Assembly (NCBI GenBank): GCA_041674765.1
Contig: JBAYVE010000001.1
Coordinates: forward strand, 198,177-262,176
Length of the DNA: 64,000 bases
Origin: Patescibacteria group bacterium
Lineage (GTDB): Bacteria; Patescibacteriota; UBA1384; XYA2-FULL-43-10; 1-14-0-10-43-13
Direction: 5' to 3'
Positions 18,365-28,463 of this stretch are shown here, piece after piece. Positions within the stretch are counted from its first letter, which is position 1. Every line of letters begins with the position of its first letter. Both the position numbers and the translations under genes were made by a program. The notes under the pieces were generated by a model. The model was not told the origin of the DNA and searched no databases. It was given only the letters and a program-made list of their open reading frames with translations.

Positions 18365-19030
18365 TTAACTTAACGGTTCAAATTTCTTCCATTTGCCCTC
18401 GGAAATCACCTCTATTCGGCCATCTGTTACGGCAACTGCCGAGTTGTCATCAATAGCATAAAAAGTTGATTTCAATTCATCCGCCAACACCTGAACTGTC
18501 TCATCTGTATATTGAGGACGGTTTGGATTGTAAAAGTGAGGCCTGATGCTGAAATCGACATATTCTAAGCCCTTGTCTCCTTCGAATTCTGGAATTTCCT
18601 CAACATATTTCTTAGGTGCTGTTGAAACGATCACCTTCCCCAAAATTACAGAGCCGGCGCTGCAACCAACATAAACTTTTTCTTTAATCAAATCCTTCAG
18701 AATTTCTGTCAAACCGGCTTTCTCCATCCAGTAAATCAAATGGTATGGGTTACCTCCGCCAACCATGATTGCATCGGCTTGTTTTAGTCTTGGAAGCCAG
18801 ATTTCTTTTGGGATGGCGGAAAACTCAACAATATCTATCTTCCCGATTTTCATCTGATCGAGTTCGATTAAATTCTTGATAATCCAACGTTTATCAGTCG
18901 GTTTGGCCACGTTTACGGCTGTTGGAATATAAGCAACAGTCAAATCTTGCGGCGGTTTGCCGACCATCTCGAGAAATTTATTTTCTATCGATTTATTTGT
19001 AATACCTGTCGAGGTTAAAAGTAATTTCAT
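18365..19030 (-). CDS. peptidase E / S51 family (class I glutamine amidotransferase-like)
   Basis: MKLLLTSTG, AYIPTA, VGGGN, YVGCSAG, RPH. Confidence 0.9.
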   Translation of the reverse strand: MKLLLTSTGITNKSIENKFLEMVGKPPQDLTVAYIPTAVNVAKPTDKRWIIKNLIELDQMKIGKIDIVEFSAIPKEIWLPRLKQADAIMVGGGNPYHLIYWMEKAGLTEILKDLIKEKVYVGCSAGSVILGKVIVSTAPKKYVEEIPEFEGDKGLEYVDFSIRPHFYNPNRPQYTDETVQVLADELKSTFYAIDDNSAVAVTDGRIEVISEGKWKKFEPLS

Positions 19031-19085
19031 ATAGTAATGATAACATAAGTTTTTGAAACATTTAATTATTTAGCTTAAATCATTG

Positions 19086-19142
19086 AACGGCCCCACCCTT
19101 CGCACAAGGCTACGGAGTGGCACGGCATGTAGCGGGGCGTTT
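19086..19142. repeat. composite REP, direct repeat with 18268..18325
   Basis: Shares the 34-nt identical core with 18268..18325. Confidence 0.85.
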
Positions 19143-19155
19143 AATGATATTAATT

Positions 19156-19362
19156 TTATTCACTTCTGTATTCCAAAATATCACCAGGCTGGCAGTCTAG
19201 CGCCTTGCAGACTGATTCTAAGGTTGAAAATCGAATCGCTTTTGCCTTGCCATTTTTGAGGATAGAAAGATTGGCCATCGTGATCCCGACTTTCTCCGAG
19301 AGTTCGGTAACGCTCATTTTCCGTTTGGCCAGCATCACATCGATATTGATGATAATTCCCAT
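19156..19362 (-). CDS. XRE-family HTH regulator (YozG-like)
   Basis: DVMLAKRKMSVTELSEKVGITMANLSILKNGKAKAIRFSTL..CQPGDIL. Confidence 0.92.
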   Translation of the reverse strand: MGIIINIDVMLAKRKMSVTELSEKVGITMANLSILKNGKAKAIRFSTLESVCKALDCQPGDILEYRSE

Positions 19363-19370
19363 AGCACTCC

Positions 19371-19850
19371 TTAGACCGTGAGGTCGTTTTCTTTCTTAAT
19401 ATCGATGGCATTTTGAAACAGCTTCTGAAAGACTGCGGCAGCGGTGGCAACTACAAACGAAGCACCGACGATAACCAGGCCAATCAATGCTACCCCAGGC
19501 GCGTCGTCTAGCTCTGCCACAATAAATATGAATGGCAGGCACGCTGCATACAGGGCACCGATAATAGTGGCGCAATTTTTTATATTTTTCAACGCTTTGA
19601 CAGATAGTTCTGAGAAGGCAATATTTTTATCGATATAGGTCAAAAGTTTAAGCGCCTGAAACAAGGCGATATAAAAGGGGATAGTTGACGCGATCAAAAC
19701 TATTAAAATCGGCAGGAGCTGATACTGAACCGGCATAACATCTACCATTTCTCTGGCTATCGAGGGCAGCACAAATATGCATAAGGCAAGGACGGCTAGG
19801 CCAATGAGAATAATAACGCCTTTTAAGAACAGTGTTGATACTTGTTTCAT
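19371..19850 (-). CDS. DUF2975 (YoaS-like) membrane protein
   Basis: DDAPG motif, C-terminal KENDLTV, usual partner of YozG-like HTH. Confidence 0.9.
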   Translation of the reverse strand: MKQVSTLFLKGVIILIGLAVLALCIFVLPSIAREMVDVMPVQYQLLPILIVLIASTIPFYIALFQALKLLTYIDKNIAFSELSVKALKNIKNCATIIGALYAACLPFIFIVAELDDAPGVALIGLVIVGASFVVATAAAVFQKLFQNAIDIKKENDLTV

Positions 19851-19864
19851 AAAAATTACCTTAA

Positions 19865-20188
19865 CTATTTAATGATTAGTAATGTTGCAAATACGACAAA
19901 AGTTACCAAGAATAACCAAATAATACTGTAAATTGCTGATTTCACGCTCTCGGATTTTTTGTTTTCGAAAAATAGGTAAACGGCTGGTCCAAAAACTAAA
20001 CTTCCGACAATAGCAGCGGAGAGACAGAGGAGCAGAAGAATCGCAAAGGGAGCTAAATTGTTGTCTACTTTGCTAAATAACTGCTCTCCGTAGAACATGA
20101 GCTGTGAAATGCCAAAGACATAAGCCCCTGCAAGAAGGATGTTTCGCAGAGTTGCTAGCATTAATTTCTTATCCATAGGTTCTCTCAT
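19865..20188 (-). CDS. three-TM membrane protein
   Basis: Hydrophobic 107 aa, co-oriented with DUF2975. Confidence 0.75.
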   Translation of the reverse strand: MREPMDKKLMLATLRNILLAGAYVFGISQLMFYGEQLFSKVDNNLAPFAILLLLCLSAAIVGSLVFGPAVYLFFENKKSESVKSAIYSIIWLFLVTFVVFATLLIIK

Positions 20189-20208
20189 TTAACTTATATA
20201 TTAATCAG

Positions 20209-20256
20209 ATGCTAGCAAACTATTTATCGTTTGTCAATAAATAAATATCGATAAAA
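20209..20256 (-). promoter_or_regulatory. sigma70 promoter overlapped by probable XRE operator
   Basis: TTGACA-17-TAGCAT on minus strand; dyad tttatcgtttgtcaataaa over the -35. Confidence 0.55.
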
Positions 20257-20344
20257 TTACCCTTCGGCTTTTCCAGACTTTCCTTATTTTTGACATAATT
20301 ATAAAAATGGCAGGAACCTTTCGGTTCCTGCCACGAATACAGCG

Positions 20345-20731
20345 TTAGAGTGTCGAGTTTATATCGCTCTGCCTTATCTGTCTGGCCATTCCCTCGACAA
20401 ACTGTGCAAGTTTGCCCTTTGTGTTGAAAGGGAATGGCTTGGGACGGTCATAGATCACCCCTTTGTACGTGACCGAGAGACGGTAACCTCTCACGACATC
20501 GTCATGAGACATTACCTTTATGTCTGCAGTCTCGAAATCAGTGATGGCGGCACCCAGACTTATCGCCTCCTCAACCACGGCAGCGCCATCTCGCGATGAA
20601 CATCGAGCCCCAACAGTTTTGCCCGCCAGGATTTGGCGCGGCACCGGCTGTTTTTGGCTCTGCGCTCCAAGACCGTAACCAATGGCTAAGCCAATGGTTA
20701 GGACAATAGCTATGACAAGCATTTTCGGCAT
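20345..20731 (-). CDS. secreted hypothetical protein
   Basis: Signal/TM; hairpin 20308-20333; TTGACA..TATTAT promoter ~20788-20815. Confidence 0.7.
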   Translation of the reverse strand: MPKMLVIAIVLTIGLAIGYGLGAQSQKQPVPRQILAGKTVGARCSSRDGAAVVEEAISLGAAITDFETADIKVMSHDDVVRGYRLSVTYKGVIYDRPKPFPFNTKGKLAQFVEGMARQIRQSDINSTL

Positions 20732-21189
20732 TATACTTCCCTTTCACTCTCAGTATAATCATTGGCATGCTACCAATAATATAATCGATAATAGCACATT
20801 TCAAGTTTTTGTCAATAAATTTTTCCCGTGATTCCGAAAACCTTGCCATTTCCCTGTTTCTTATTGTTCGAGGAGGAACGACGAGAACTTTGGTTATTTG
20901 TTAGTACCGACAGACTTCTCATTTTTAAGAGTACCATTCGAAGAATAAATACATTTAATAGGGTTTTAAGGAATCACAGTTGTGTAATGTTTCAATACCT
21001 TGGAAACAGCTTTGCCTCTGGAATTATGTTCTAACCCAGAGCATGCGATCCAACGTGCCGTCCGCCTGGTGTATTGATCGGTCGACTGAAGCTTGACTAA
21101 ATAAAAAACAATCATCCTTTGATGATCATTTTTTATGTTACTTTTACACAGGGGACAAGAGTTCGAGCTATTGCCATAATCTAAACTGA

Positions 21190-22074
21190 TTAGGGTGCAA
21201 TATCTGTCTTATAATCCAGAGGCACTGCATCGGAGACTAGCTTTTGATCGGGAAATTCTTTTCTAATTTTCTCAATATCTTCCTTGTCCATTGACCAACC
21301 AAGCGCGCCTAAATTATCCTTTAAGTGAGTCAGATTACTTGTCTTCGAGAGCGTTATCACATTATCCTGTGAAATCAACCAGTTGATGGCTATTTGCGCA
21401 GTAGTTTTATCATATTTTTTGGCCATCTCTTCGATTAAAGGAGACTTTGGCAAAAGACCTTTTTGTAATGGCCTCCAAGCACTCAGCAGAATATCATTTT
21501 TCTGACAAAAATCGAGGACGCCCTTGTCTTCAGCTTCCCGATATTGAAGATTGTAGTGCACTTGATTGCATACAATCTTATTGACTGTATGCTTTTGTGC
21601 TTCGATAAGACGATTCGGGGTAAAATTGCAGACGCCAATATTTTTGACAGCTCCCTGATCTACCAAATTGTCCATTGCTTTCATTGTCTCTGAAATTGGA
21701 ATGCCTGGTTCAGGAAAAAAATGCAAGAGATAGAGATCGATGTAATCAGTCCCAATCCGTCTGAGGCTAGCTTCGAAAGAGTGAAGTAAATCATCATATT
21801 TTTGATTACGTCCGGTTACTTTCGTCGCGATTATCAGTTTTTTTCTATCAACACCCTTCAGGGCTTCTCCGAGCAATTCTTCTGCGTGCCCATTTCCGTA
21901 GATCTCTGCTGTGTCGATATGGGTAACACCCAAATTAATAGCACTATGAATTGCCTCGATCTCTTCCTTGTCTTTGCTTGTATCGGCTTCCCATCTACCG
22001 CCCATCTGCCATAGACCAAGACCGTAAACGGGCAATTCAAATCCATTTTTGAGTTTTTTTACTGGTATTTCCAT
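21190..22074 (-). CDS. aldo/keto reductase
   Basis: GLGLWQMG, IDTAEIYG, DYIDLYLLH, IGVCNF, NQVHY. Confidence 0.95.
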   Translation of the reverse strand: MEIPVKKLKNGFELPVYGLGLWQMGGRWEADTSKDKEEIEAIHSAINLGVTHIDTAEIYGNGHAEELLGEALKGVDRKKLIIATKVTGRNQKYDDLLHSFEASLRRIGTDYIDLYLLHFFPEPGIPISETMKAMDNLVDQGAVKNIGVCNFTPNRLIEAQKHTVNKIVCNQVHYNLQYREAEDKGVLDFCQKNDILLSAWRPLQKGLLPKSPLIEEMAKKYDKTTAQIAINWLISQDNVITLSKTSNLTHLKDNLGALGWSMDKEDIEKIRKEFPDQKLVSDAVPLDYKTDIAP

Positions 22075-22136
22075 ATATAGATATTAACAGATGTTGAGTA
22101 TTAGTTCGAATCCAACGGCAGGGGCGCGAATGCTTG

Positions 22137-23285
22137 TTATTGACAGAATGAATCGCCGTCTTTTGTCATACCCTGATGTTGAAGTAGATTAAATTTTGCC
22201 TTATAGGTAGCTTGAAATGAGCTGGAAAAATAGTCATACGGGCACACTGCAGTTGTGTAAATGCTGCTTGTTTGGCTGCCGACATACCGATTGGGTTTGG
22301 TCGAATTGTAGACCCCAAAATCCAGTCCATTATTTAATACATAGGGTGGGCCGCCGCTATAGGCAAACAATTCACCGGCCTTAAGAATAATAGGCGGAGA
22401 AATCTCTATCTCTCCTGCGGCGTTCGGATCTGCCCCAAACGCATCCTTAATTTTATCGATTGGCTCTGTAACATGCGCCACCCGTAGCGTGACCTCGCAA
22501 GTGATGCGAAAATCAAAATAATATGGCCCGCCAGTATAATAATCCCCCTTGATTAGGACCATATCGACTGGTGCATAGAGTGGTACTCTCGAAGAAAACA
22601 CGTCTATATAACTATGGGTTTTTAAGTGTCCGCTCGGCTGTGCGACATTGGGGGGCGGTAGAATATTAGTGATATAACTCGGATCGATCAGCTGATTAGT
22701 AAACACTGGATTTGCGTTGCTTGTACATTTTGTGGGATCTACTACAGCAGGAGTCGATGATGCTTTCGGTGTTGTTTGAGTAGAGGCTGATGATGCCACT
22801 GTTTTTTTTGAGCTACTTTGAGCTGCTTTTTCCTTTGCCGCTTCGGCAGCCGCAGCTTCCTCCTCTGCTTTTTTCTTGGCTGCCGCCTCTTCGCCTGCTT
22901 TGACCTGGCATCCAAGTATCATACCTTGGGCCGGAGAAAATGACTTTGAGTCAGGAGTAATACCGCCTAACTTGTCGATGCATCCTTGCCAGTTATTTTC
23001 ACCGGTTAGTCTCTTCCCGTCGTCAAGAATGGTCGAGAAAACTTTTTCTTTTTCTGCATTATTCTTCTTGTTTAGAACCTCTTTCTTTTTCCAATGCGAA
23101 AGTGACCTCTCGTACAAAGAAGCCGCCTCGCCATAATTTCCATTGATGAACGACAAGTCTGCCGCTTTGTGATATTTCACGGATTGAGAATATTGAAAAC
23201 CGGCGAACCCGCCTCCTGCAAGACCAAGCGATCCAACTACGATAAGCGCAATAAATATCGGTAAAATACCTTTTGCTTTTTTCAA
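22137..23285 (-). CDS. membrane-anchored protein: helical/TPR-like region, Ala/Ser/Thr linker, M23-like C-terminal domain
   Basis: TM; VPLYAPVD..ILKAGELFAYSG..LDFG..VCPYDYF. Confidence 0.7.
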   Translation of the reverse strand: MKKAKGILPIFIALIVVGSLGLAGGGFAGFQYSQSVKYHKAADLSFINGNYGEAASLYERSLSHWKKKEVLNKKNNAEKEKVFSTILDDGKRLTGENNWQGCIDKLGGITPDSKSFSPAQGMILGCQVKAGEEAAAKKKAEEEAAAAEAAKEKAAQSSSKKTVASSASTQTTPKASSTPAVVDPTKCTSNANPVFTNQLIDPSYITNILPPPNVAQPSGHLKTHSYIDVFSSRVPLYAPVDMVLIKGDYYTGGPYYFDFRITCEVTLRVAHVTEPIDKIKDAFGADPNAAGEIEISPPIILKAGELFAYSGGPPYVLNNGLDFGVYNSTKPNRYVGSQTSSIYTTAVCPYDYFSSSFQATYKAKFNLLQHQGMTKDGDSFCQ

Positions 23286-23449
23286 TATTCCTCCGAGAAC
23301 TTAAAAGTATAAAGAAATTATATCAATATAAGTGTAGTTTGAAAAACTCTGTGCCAATAATCTTGTTATGGTTCTATGCATCCGTACCTGTGTATCTTTG
23401 CCTCGAAGTAGAGTAGCTGTAGTTGTGGCAACTATGCTATGATTATCTT

Positions 23450-23698
23450 ATGAAAATAAAACCAATTACAAAAAAGCCATGGTTTGGACCAAGGAAATTG
23501 GGCTGGGGATTTGCTCCTGTCACCTGGGAAGGCTGGGTCTCAATGTTGATACTTTTTGCGATTGTTCTCTACCTCATCACAACAAGGGCAACCGATCCTT
23601 ATCTAGTTTTTTATATCTTAAGTCTAGTTGCCGTGTTCACAATCTTTTGTTTCTTGACTGGCAGTAAGCCAGGCTACAAACCATTTGATAAAAAGTAG
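23450..23698 (+). CDS. small two-TM protein
   Basis: KPWFGPRKLGWGFAPVTWEGW motif. Confidence 0.75.
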   Translation: MKIKPITKKPWFGPRKLGWGFAPVTWEGWVSMLILFAIVLYLITTRATDPYLVFYILSLVAVFTIFCFLTGSKPGYKPFDKK

Positions 23699-23825
23699 AA
23701 CCCTTGCATCAAGAATTTTAATTCGCCACCATCTGGCATGTTGACCGGTCAAACTGAAGTTTGGGCTGCACAAAGAAGTGATAGCAAAAGCGGTATATTA
23801 GTTAAAAAATATTATAAGGAGAAGA

Positions 23826-24200
23826 GTGGGCAGCTATATAGAAATAAACGACACATTACAGATCAATAAAGAGCAGGGATTTCCTATCGATCTTGAAATT
23901 AGTAAGCATCTATCAAATCCTTACAAGGCAGAGGATTTTGAAGGCAAAGTGTTTAAATTTCAGGGCAAGCCAAGTATTAGATTTTATCACCAACCTCCCG
24001 TGAGAGTGTTTCTAGTTGAAAATATTGATGGCAAGTGGGTCTATTGGGGACTAGTTCATATCTTATCAATCACCCATAATTATATAGATAAAACAACTTC
24101 TGGCGAATATAAAATAATTTACTTAAATTCCCCGGAAGAGATGAAAAAGGCTCATGATTTAATAGATAGGAATCCAGAAACCAATTATTTTGTAAAATAA
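23826..24200 (+). CDS. conserved hypothetical protein
   Basis: MGSYIEINDTLQINKEQGFP...; RBS aggag. Confidence 0.75.
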   Translation: MGSYIEINDTLQINKEQGFPIDLEISKHLSNPYKAEDFEGKVFKFQGKPSIRFYHQPPVRVFLVENIDGKWVYWGLVHILSITHNYIDKTTSGEYKIIYLNSPEEMKKAHDLIDRNPETNYFVK

Positions 24201-24202
24201 AT

Positions 24203-25099
24203 ATGAGAATAATTATTGCTCAAAATCTTAATTTCGATGATGACCAATTGGAAAAGTTGGGAAAACTTGGCAGCTTAAAGGTGTATGAAAACCCAAAATC
24301 TGAAGAAGAATGGCTAGAAAGGTGCCAGAATGCCGATATTATCTGCAGTGGCTCTAGATTTATGAAAACTGAAGTTTACGGCCTCACGAATAAATTCATT
24401 ACTATTCCAATGACTGGTTATTCCTGGCTAGACCTTGAAAAATTGAAAGAAAAAAACATCATTTTTGCGAATTGTCCAGGTTGTAATAAGTACGCCGTGA
24501 CCGAATGGATACTGGCAATGACCTTAGAATTAACACGTAAATTCACAAAGTTTATAAATACCAATAAGTCTTATGATATAAATTTTCCAAGCATTGGTCT
24601 TAAAGGCAAAAACATTGTCATCTTAGGAAAGGGTAGTATAGGAGCACTTACTGGTAATGTGCTTACTGCCCTTGGTTCGAGCGTTAGTTTTTATCAAAGA
24701 GGTGATAGTCTAGTAGGCAAGATTAAAAATGCTGACATTGTTATAAATTGTCTAAGTACAAATCCAACAACAATAGGACTACTAGATAAAAACTTTTTCG
24801 ATCATCTTAAAAAAGGTGTTTATTTTGTTACAACTACTCCTTCTGACATACTAGATCAAAAGTCAATGATGGGGGCTTTGGATCAGGGAATTATTGCTGG
24901 AATAGCAACGGACTGTGCTTCTGTGGGACCAAGAGATACTGCCGATCCCAGGTACATAGAAATGTCTTCTAATCCCAAAATTATCGCCACTCCTCATATT
25001 GCATGGTTCTCCGATACTTCAATTAAGGATGAAAATGATATTATGATTGACAACATCGAAGCTTGGATTGAAGGCAAGCCACAAAATATCATCACTTAG
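24203..25099 (+). CDS. D-isomer-specific 2-hydroxyacid dehydrogenase
   Basis: AVTEW, ILGKGSIG Rossmann motif, TPHIAW; AT-rich. Confidence 0.88.
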   Translation: MRIIIAQNLNFDDDQLEKLGKLGSLKVYENPKSEEEWLERCQNADIICSGSRFMKTEVYGLTNKFITIPMTGYSWLDLEKLKEKNIIFANCPGCNKYAVTEWILAMTLELTRKFTKFINTNKSYDINFPSIGLKGKNIVILGKGSIGALTGNVLTALGSSVSFYQRGDSLVGKIKNADIVINCLSTNPTTIGLLDKNFFDHLKKGVYFVTTTPSDILDQKSMMGALDQGIIAGIATDCASVGPRDTADPRYIEMSSNPKIIATPHIAWFSDTSIKDENDIMIDNIEAWIEGKPQNIIT

Positions 25100-25241
25100 T
25101 TCGAACCTAGGTTTTGCTATTTTGGTACGGTTCTCTACTTGTCGACCGTAGCCTTATGCGAAGGTTGATTTGAATACGGTTTTAGCAATAAACTGACAAA
25201 CGCCCCATGTGGTGGGGCGTTCTAAAAAAGGGATAAAATGA

Positions 25242-25307
25242 CCATAATAAAACACCAATTTCTTGGTGTTTTTATAATGGCTCTGCACAGTAGATGAAGT
25301 TCGAACT
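25242..25307. repeat. tRNA-3'-end-derived att-like site
   Basis: Hairpin + atggctctgcacagtagatgaagttcgaact. Confidence 0.7.
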
Positions 25308-25428
25308 GTAACCGCTGAATCGGTCACAATAATTAAAATTTAATTACTCTGACCGATTCCATACCTTACTTTATTGGGGTATGGAACGGTAACACTGGCC
25401 CGCAGACGATTATTCCTTGCTGTATGTC

Positions 25429-25902
25429 TTAGGGGTTACTGTGTCGTTCAACGAACTCTTTAATCAGGAACAGCGCGTCATCGGGGTCGTCATATATCTT
25501 GCAATCCATCAAGGGCTGCACGAATTGTGATCCTTTCTTGCCCCGAGTGTAACCAGAGATCTTATCGGGGTCAACCCTGGTCGACCACAGGCACAGAACT
25601 GGTTTTCCATGATGTAATGCATCAGAGATTTCACTACCAACTCCGAGGCTGGGGTTGCTAATCTCAAAAATGCAAACATCTGAGCGAAAAATTCGCTCAT
25701 ACTCACGATCGTGGACTTCTGTCGGAGCGAGCATAATTTCTTGGCTCACAATGCCGGGCTGGGTTTGATGCTTTGTTGCAAGTTGAAAACCGAGCTTGGT
25801 TTCAATGGATTCTTGGATTGAACGTAACTCGTCCTGAGAAACCGCTCCACATCCACCTCTCATTGAACAACCGAAGAAAACAACGGGTTGATTTTCACTC
25901 AT
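25429..25902 (-). CDS. nucleoside 2-deoxyribosyltransferase / DNPH1-like N-hydrolase
   Basis: FFGCSMRGG, HDRE, EISNPSLGVGSEI. Confidence 0.8.
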   Translation of the reverse strand: MSENQPVVFFGCSMRGGCGAVSQDELRSIQESIETKLGFQLATKHQTQPGIVSQEIMLAPTEVHDREYERIFRSDVCIFEISNPSLGVGSEISDALHHGKPVLCLWSTRVDPDKISGYTRGKKGSQFVQPLMDCKIYDDPDDALFLIKEFVERHSNP

Positions 25903-26002
25903 CAAGGTTACCTCCGTTCATAATATAACATAAATGTCTTAATTTAGCAAATTGAGTCTCTCAACAGCAGGCGGTATTTTTCAGCGCCTTGGAAACAATT
26001 CT

Positions 26003-26201
26003 AGTTCGAGTTTACAGCGGGTAACACAAAAAATAACTAGTCCTAGACTAGTTATTTTTATGGCTCCCCGAACCCTCCTTCGCTTTTTATGCTACGGAGG
26101 GGCAGGCTGGATTTATCACATCTCTACAAAAAACCATCCCGCATAGCCAACATAAAGTTGGCAACGTGGGATGGCTCCGTACAGCGAACGAAGTTCAAAC
26201 T
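26003..26201. repeat. two tandem tRNA-derived att-like sites
   Basis: agttcgag..aaaataactagt..actagttatttttatggctccccgaac[REP]tgga and atggctccgtacagcgaacgaagttcaaact. Confidence 0.8.
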
Positions 26202-26209
26202 AACGCCAT

Positions 26210-27619
26210 CTAGTCTGTTATCTTTGTCATTTTTCCGCTATTTATGTTCACGTTGTAGAAACTGGAATGATTATCCCAAAGTAGCACATTATTTTCGTTC
26301 CCGTTCCAGCCGATTATAGCAAAGAAGCTACCAGGGAATTCAAGATCTTTCGAAGTTCCAGCCGCCAAATCAAGCACTTTCAATCCGGTTTCACCTTTAC
26401 CAAAGGTATCTGTAGAAAAAACAATTTTATCTGCTTTTGAGTTTACAATCCAATCACGAACTGAAACATCTTCTATGTCTGCATTTCCTATAGAAGCAGT
26501 TTTGTACTCTTTTAATTCCTTTGTAGCTTTGTTAAAGCTAGCTAGCCATCCACATTGACGCATGCATGTATGGTCGTAATCAGAAGTAATCCCAAAAACC
26601 ATATTATTAACTAAGGCTGGGTAAAGCAAATTAAATTTACCATCTTTTATGGTTGTTGAGGTGACATTTCCGCCAAGTGCCACCTGGGTAACGGAGTTTT
26701 GAGCCATATGCCCACCAGGCAAATTATTCCAAGTACCGAAAGCTACACTCGTACTTGTTTCATCCCAAACCATGTTGTTTCCTGCCGAAGACCATCGATA
26801 TGTGTCGGGAACATCGATTGGAATTAATTTCTCTTGTACAACATCATAAAATTCAATCTTGAGTTTCGGATTGGTTTGGCTGTCTAACATCTCAGCATAA
26901 GCAAAAAACTTGCCATCAGGAGACCATTTAGGGCTTGTTCCGCTTGAACTGCCAGAAAGATTTTCTGCGATTATCTTCTTAGTTTTTGACGACAGATTAA
27001 ATAGCACGATATCATAATTATTTCCGCCAATTGTATTGCCATCAACCGTCTCTGTATGATATTTAGCATAAACAATACTGTCCTGTGCTTGGTTAAAATC
27101 TAGAGATGAAATAAGGGTATTCTCCTGGACAACTAGTTGCTTTTCTCCAGTAAGAGTGTTCTTTTGCCAAATCTGATGGTAGCCTGCAATCCCTCCCTCG
27201 ATATAATTAATATAAAATACGACTGGTTGTTTGTCTTGAGCCATAATATGCTTAACCATGAAACTGGAACTTTTGCTGCCCGATGTACTTACTATACCCG
27301 TCTTGGCATTAAGCTTAGAACTACCACTGAAATTATAGAGGTTATCCACCAAAGAACCGAGATCATATTTTGTAGTACTGGTAGTGTTTGCTGTTTTTTT
27401 CGTATCTGATGATGTGCCAGGGCTTTCTTCGGTAGGAATAAAATAATTATCTTTAGAACCATTCAAAAGCACAACGCTTGATTTATTGTTGACAGTATTC
27501 CCGCTATCCTTTGAGTCAATGACTTCGTAGCTCAAAAATCCCATTACTAATAACAATAATACTATTAGCGAGTTTTGAACCGGATGGTTTTTATAGCCAT
27601 CAATAATTTTTCTAAACAT
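26210..27619 (-). CDS. membrane-anchored TolB-like beta-propeller protein
   Basis: TM, Ser/Thr linker, PKWSPDGKFFAY. Confidence 0.75.
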   Translation of the reverse strand: MFRKIIDGYKNHPVQNSLIVLLLLVMGFLSYEVIDSKDSGNTVNNKSSVVLLNGSKDNYFIPTEESPGTSSDTKKTANTTSTTKYDLGSLVDNLYNFSGSSKLNAKTGIVSTSGSKSSSFMVKHIMAQDKQPVVFYINYIEGGIAGYHQIWQKNTLTGEKQLVVQENTLISSLDFNQAQDSIVYAKYHTETVDGNTIGGNNYDIVLFNLSSKTKKIIAENLSGSSSGTSPKWSPDGKFFAYAEMLDSQTNPKLKIEFYDVVQEKLIPIDVPDTYRWSSAGNNMVWDETSTSVAFGTWNNLPGGHMAQNSVTQVALGGNVTSTTIKDGKFNLLYPALVNNMVFGITSDYDHTCMRQCGWLASFNKATKELKEYKTASIGNADIEDVSVRDWIVNSKADKIVFSTDTFGKGETGLKVLDLAAGTSKDLEFPGSFFAIIGWNGNENNVLLWDNHSSFYNVNINSGKMTKITD

Positions 27620-27673
27620 TGAGTTACCTCCTTCTTATTTTTGTTAATCTTATTATACAGTTATCCTTTAATC

Positions 27674-27742
27674 AGTTCGAGTCCAGTATGGGTTATACTA
27701 AAAATAACTAGTACTAAACTAGTTATTTTTATGGCTCCCCGA
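27674..27742. repeat. tRNA-derived att-like palindrome
   Basis: agttcgagtccagt-11nt-taaaaataactagt..actagttatttttatggctccccga. Confidence 0.85.
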
Positions 27743-27898
27743 TAGTACTGCTATACGAATGATCTTAAATGATTTCGACTATTGGAGAAGAATTGGTTTT
27801 CTAATTGCCGCTACCTCTTAGCTCAACGGTTTGAGATAAAAGGGGCGAGACGTTGCTCTTGAGCAACGCCCGGAGCCCAATACTTTGAACATATTGGT

Positions 27899-28351
27899 TC
27901 AGATCGAGACACGATACTTTTCTGCATCTTGATGCAATCGGTCATACGATGCGCGATCCATCAACCCGCCTGGCCCTTCCAGGACAATTTGTATGCCAGG
28001 CAGTGCTTCTTGTAGTTCTTCTACTCGCTTTTCTCCGTGGAGAAAATGCTTGATGGCGGCATTGCGTCTCTCTTCGGAATCTGAGAATCCTCGAGCGCTT
28101 CCGAATCGCTCGAAGAGACACTCACGGAATTTGACTTTCCGTCCTTTAGTCGTGAGTGCAGTGTAATCCAGGATATACTGAAAAGTTGCAATCATACCGA
28201 CTGCTCCAGTTTCAGAGCGATTCTTAGCGGTTAGATTTGGGCTAATCAGCAGTTCCTTTTTGCATCCCTGGCTTTTTAGAATCTCTGCTAACTCAGCCAG
28301 TGACTTAGCCTTGAGAGGGAACAAACTCAGTACAAAACGTAGCATCGCCAT
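27899..28351 (-). CDS. hypothetical protein
   Basis: 150 aa, RBS aaggag. Confidence 0.7.
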   Translation of the reverse strand: MAMLRFVLSLFPLKAKSLAELAEILKSQGCKKELLISPNLTAKNRSETGAVGMIATFQYILDYTALTTKGRKVKFRECLFERFGSARGFSDSEERRNAAIKHFLHGEKRVEELQEALPGIQIVLEGPGGLMDRASYDRLHQDAEKYRVSI

Positions 28352-28463
28352 ACTCCTTCACGGTTGAGAACTGGTCTATTATTATGATAACATATTTAGC
28401 TATTTATAGCAACTCCATAATCACTCTAGAGATATGCATCACGCTCCAATGCTCGCTTAAAAA

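Noticed and set aside
22103-22130. Possible additional tRNA at gttcgaatcc
   Set aside because: Only a T-loop-like fragment with no cloverleaf; treated as a cassette junction.
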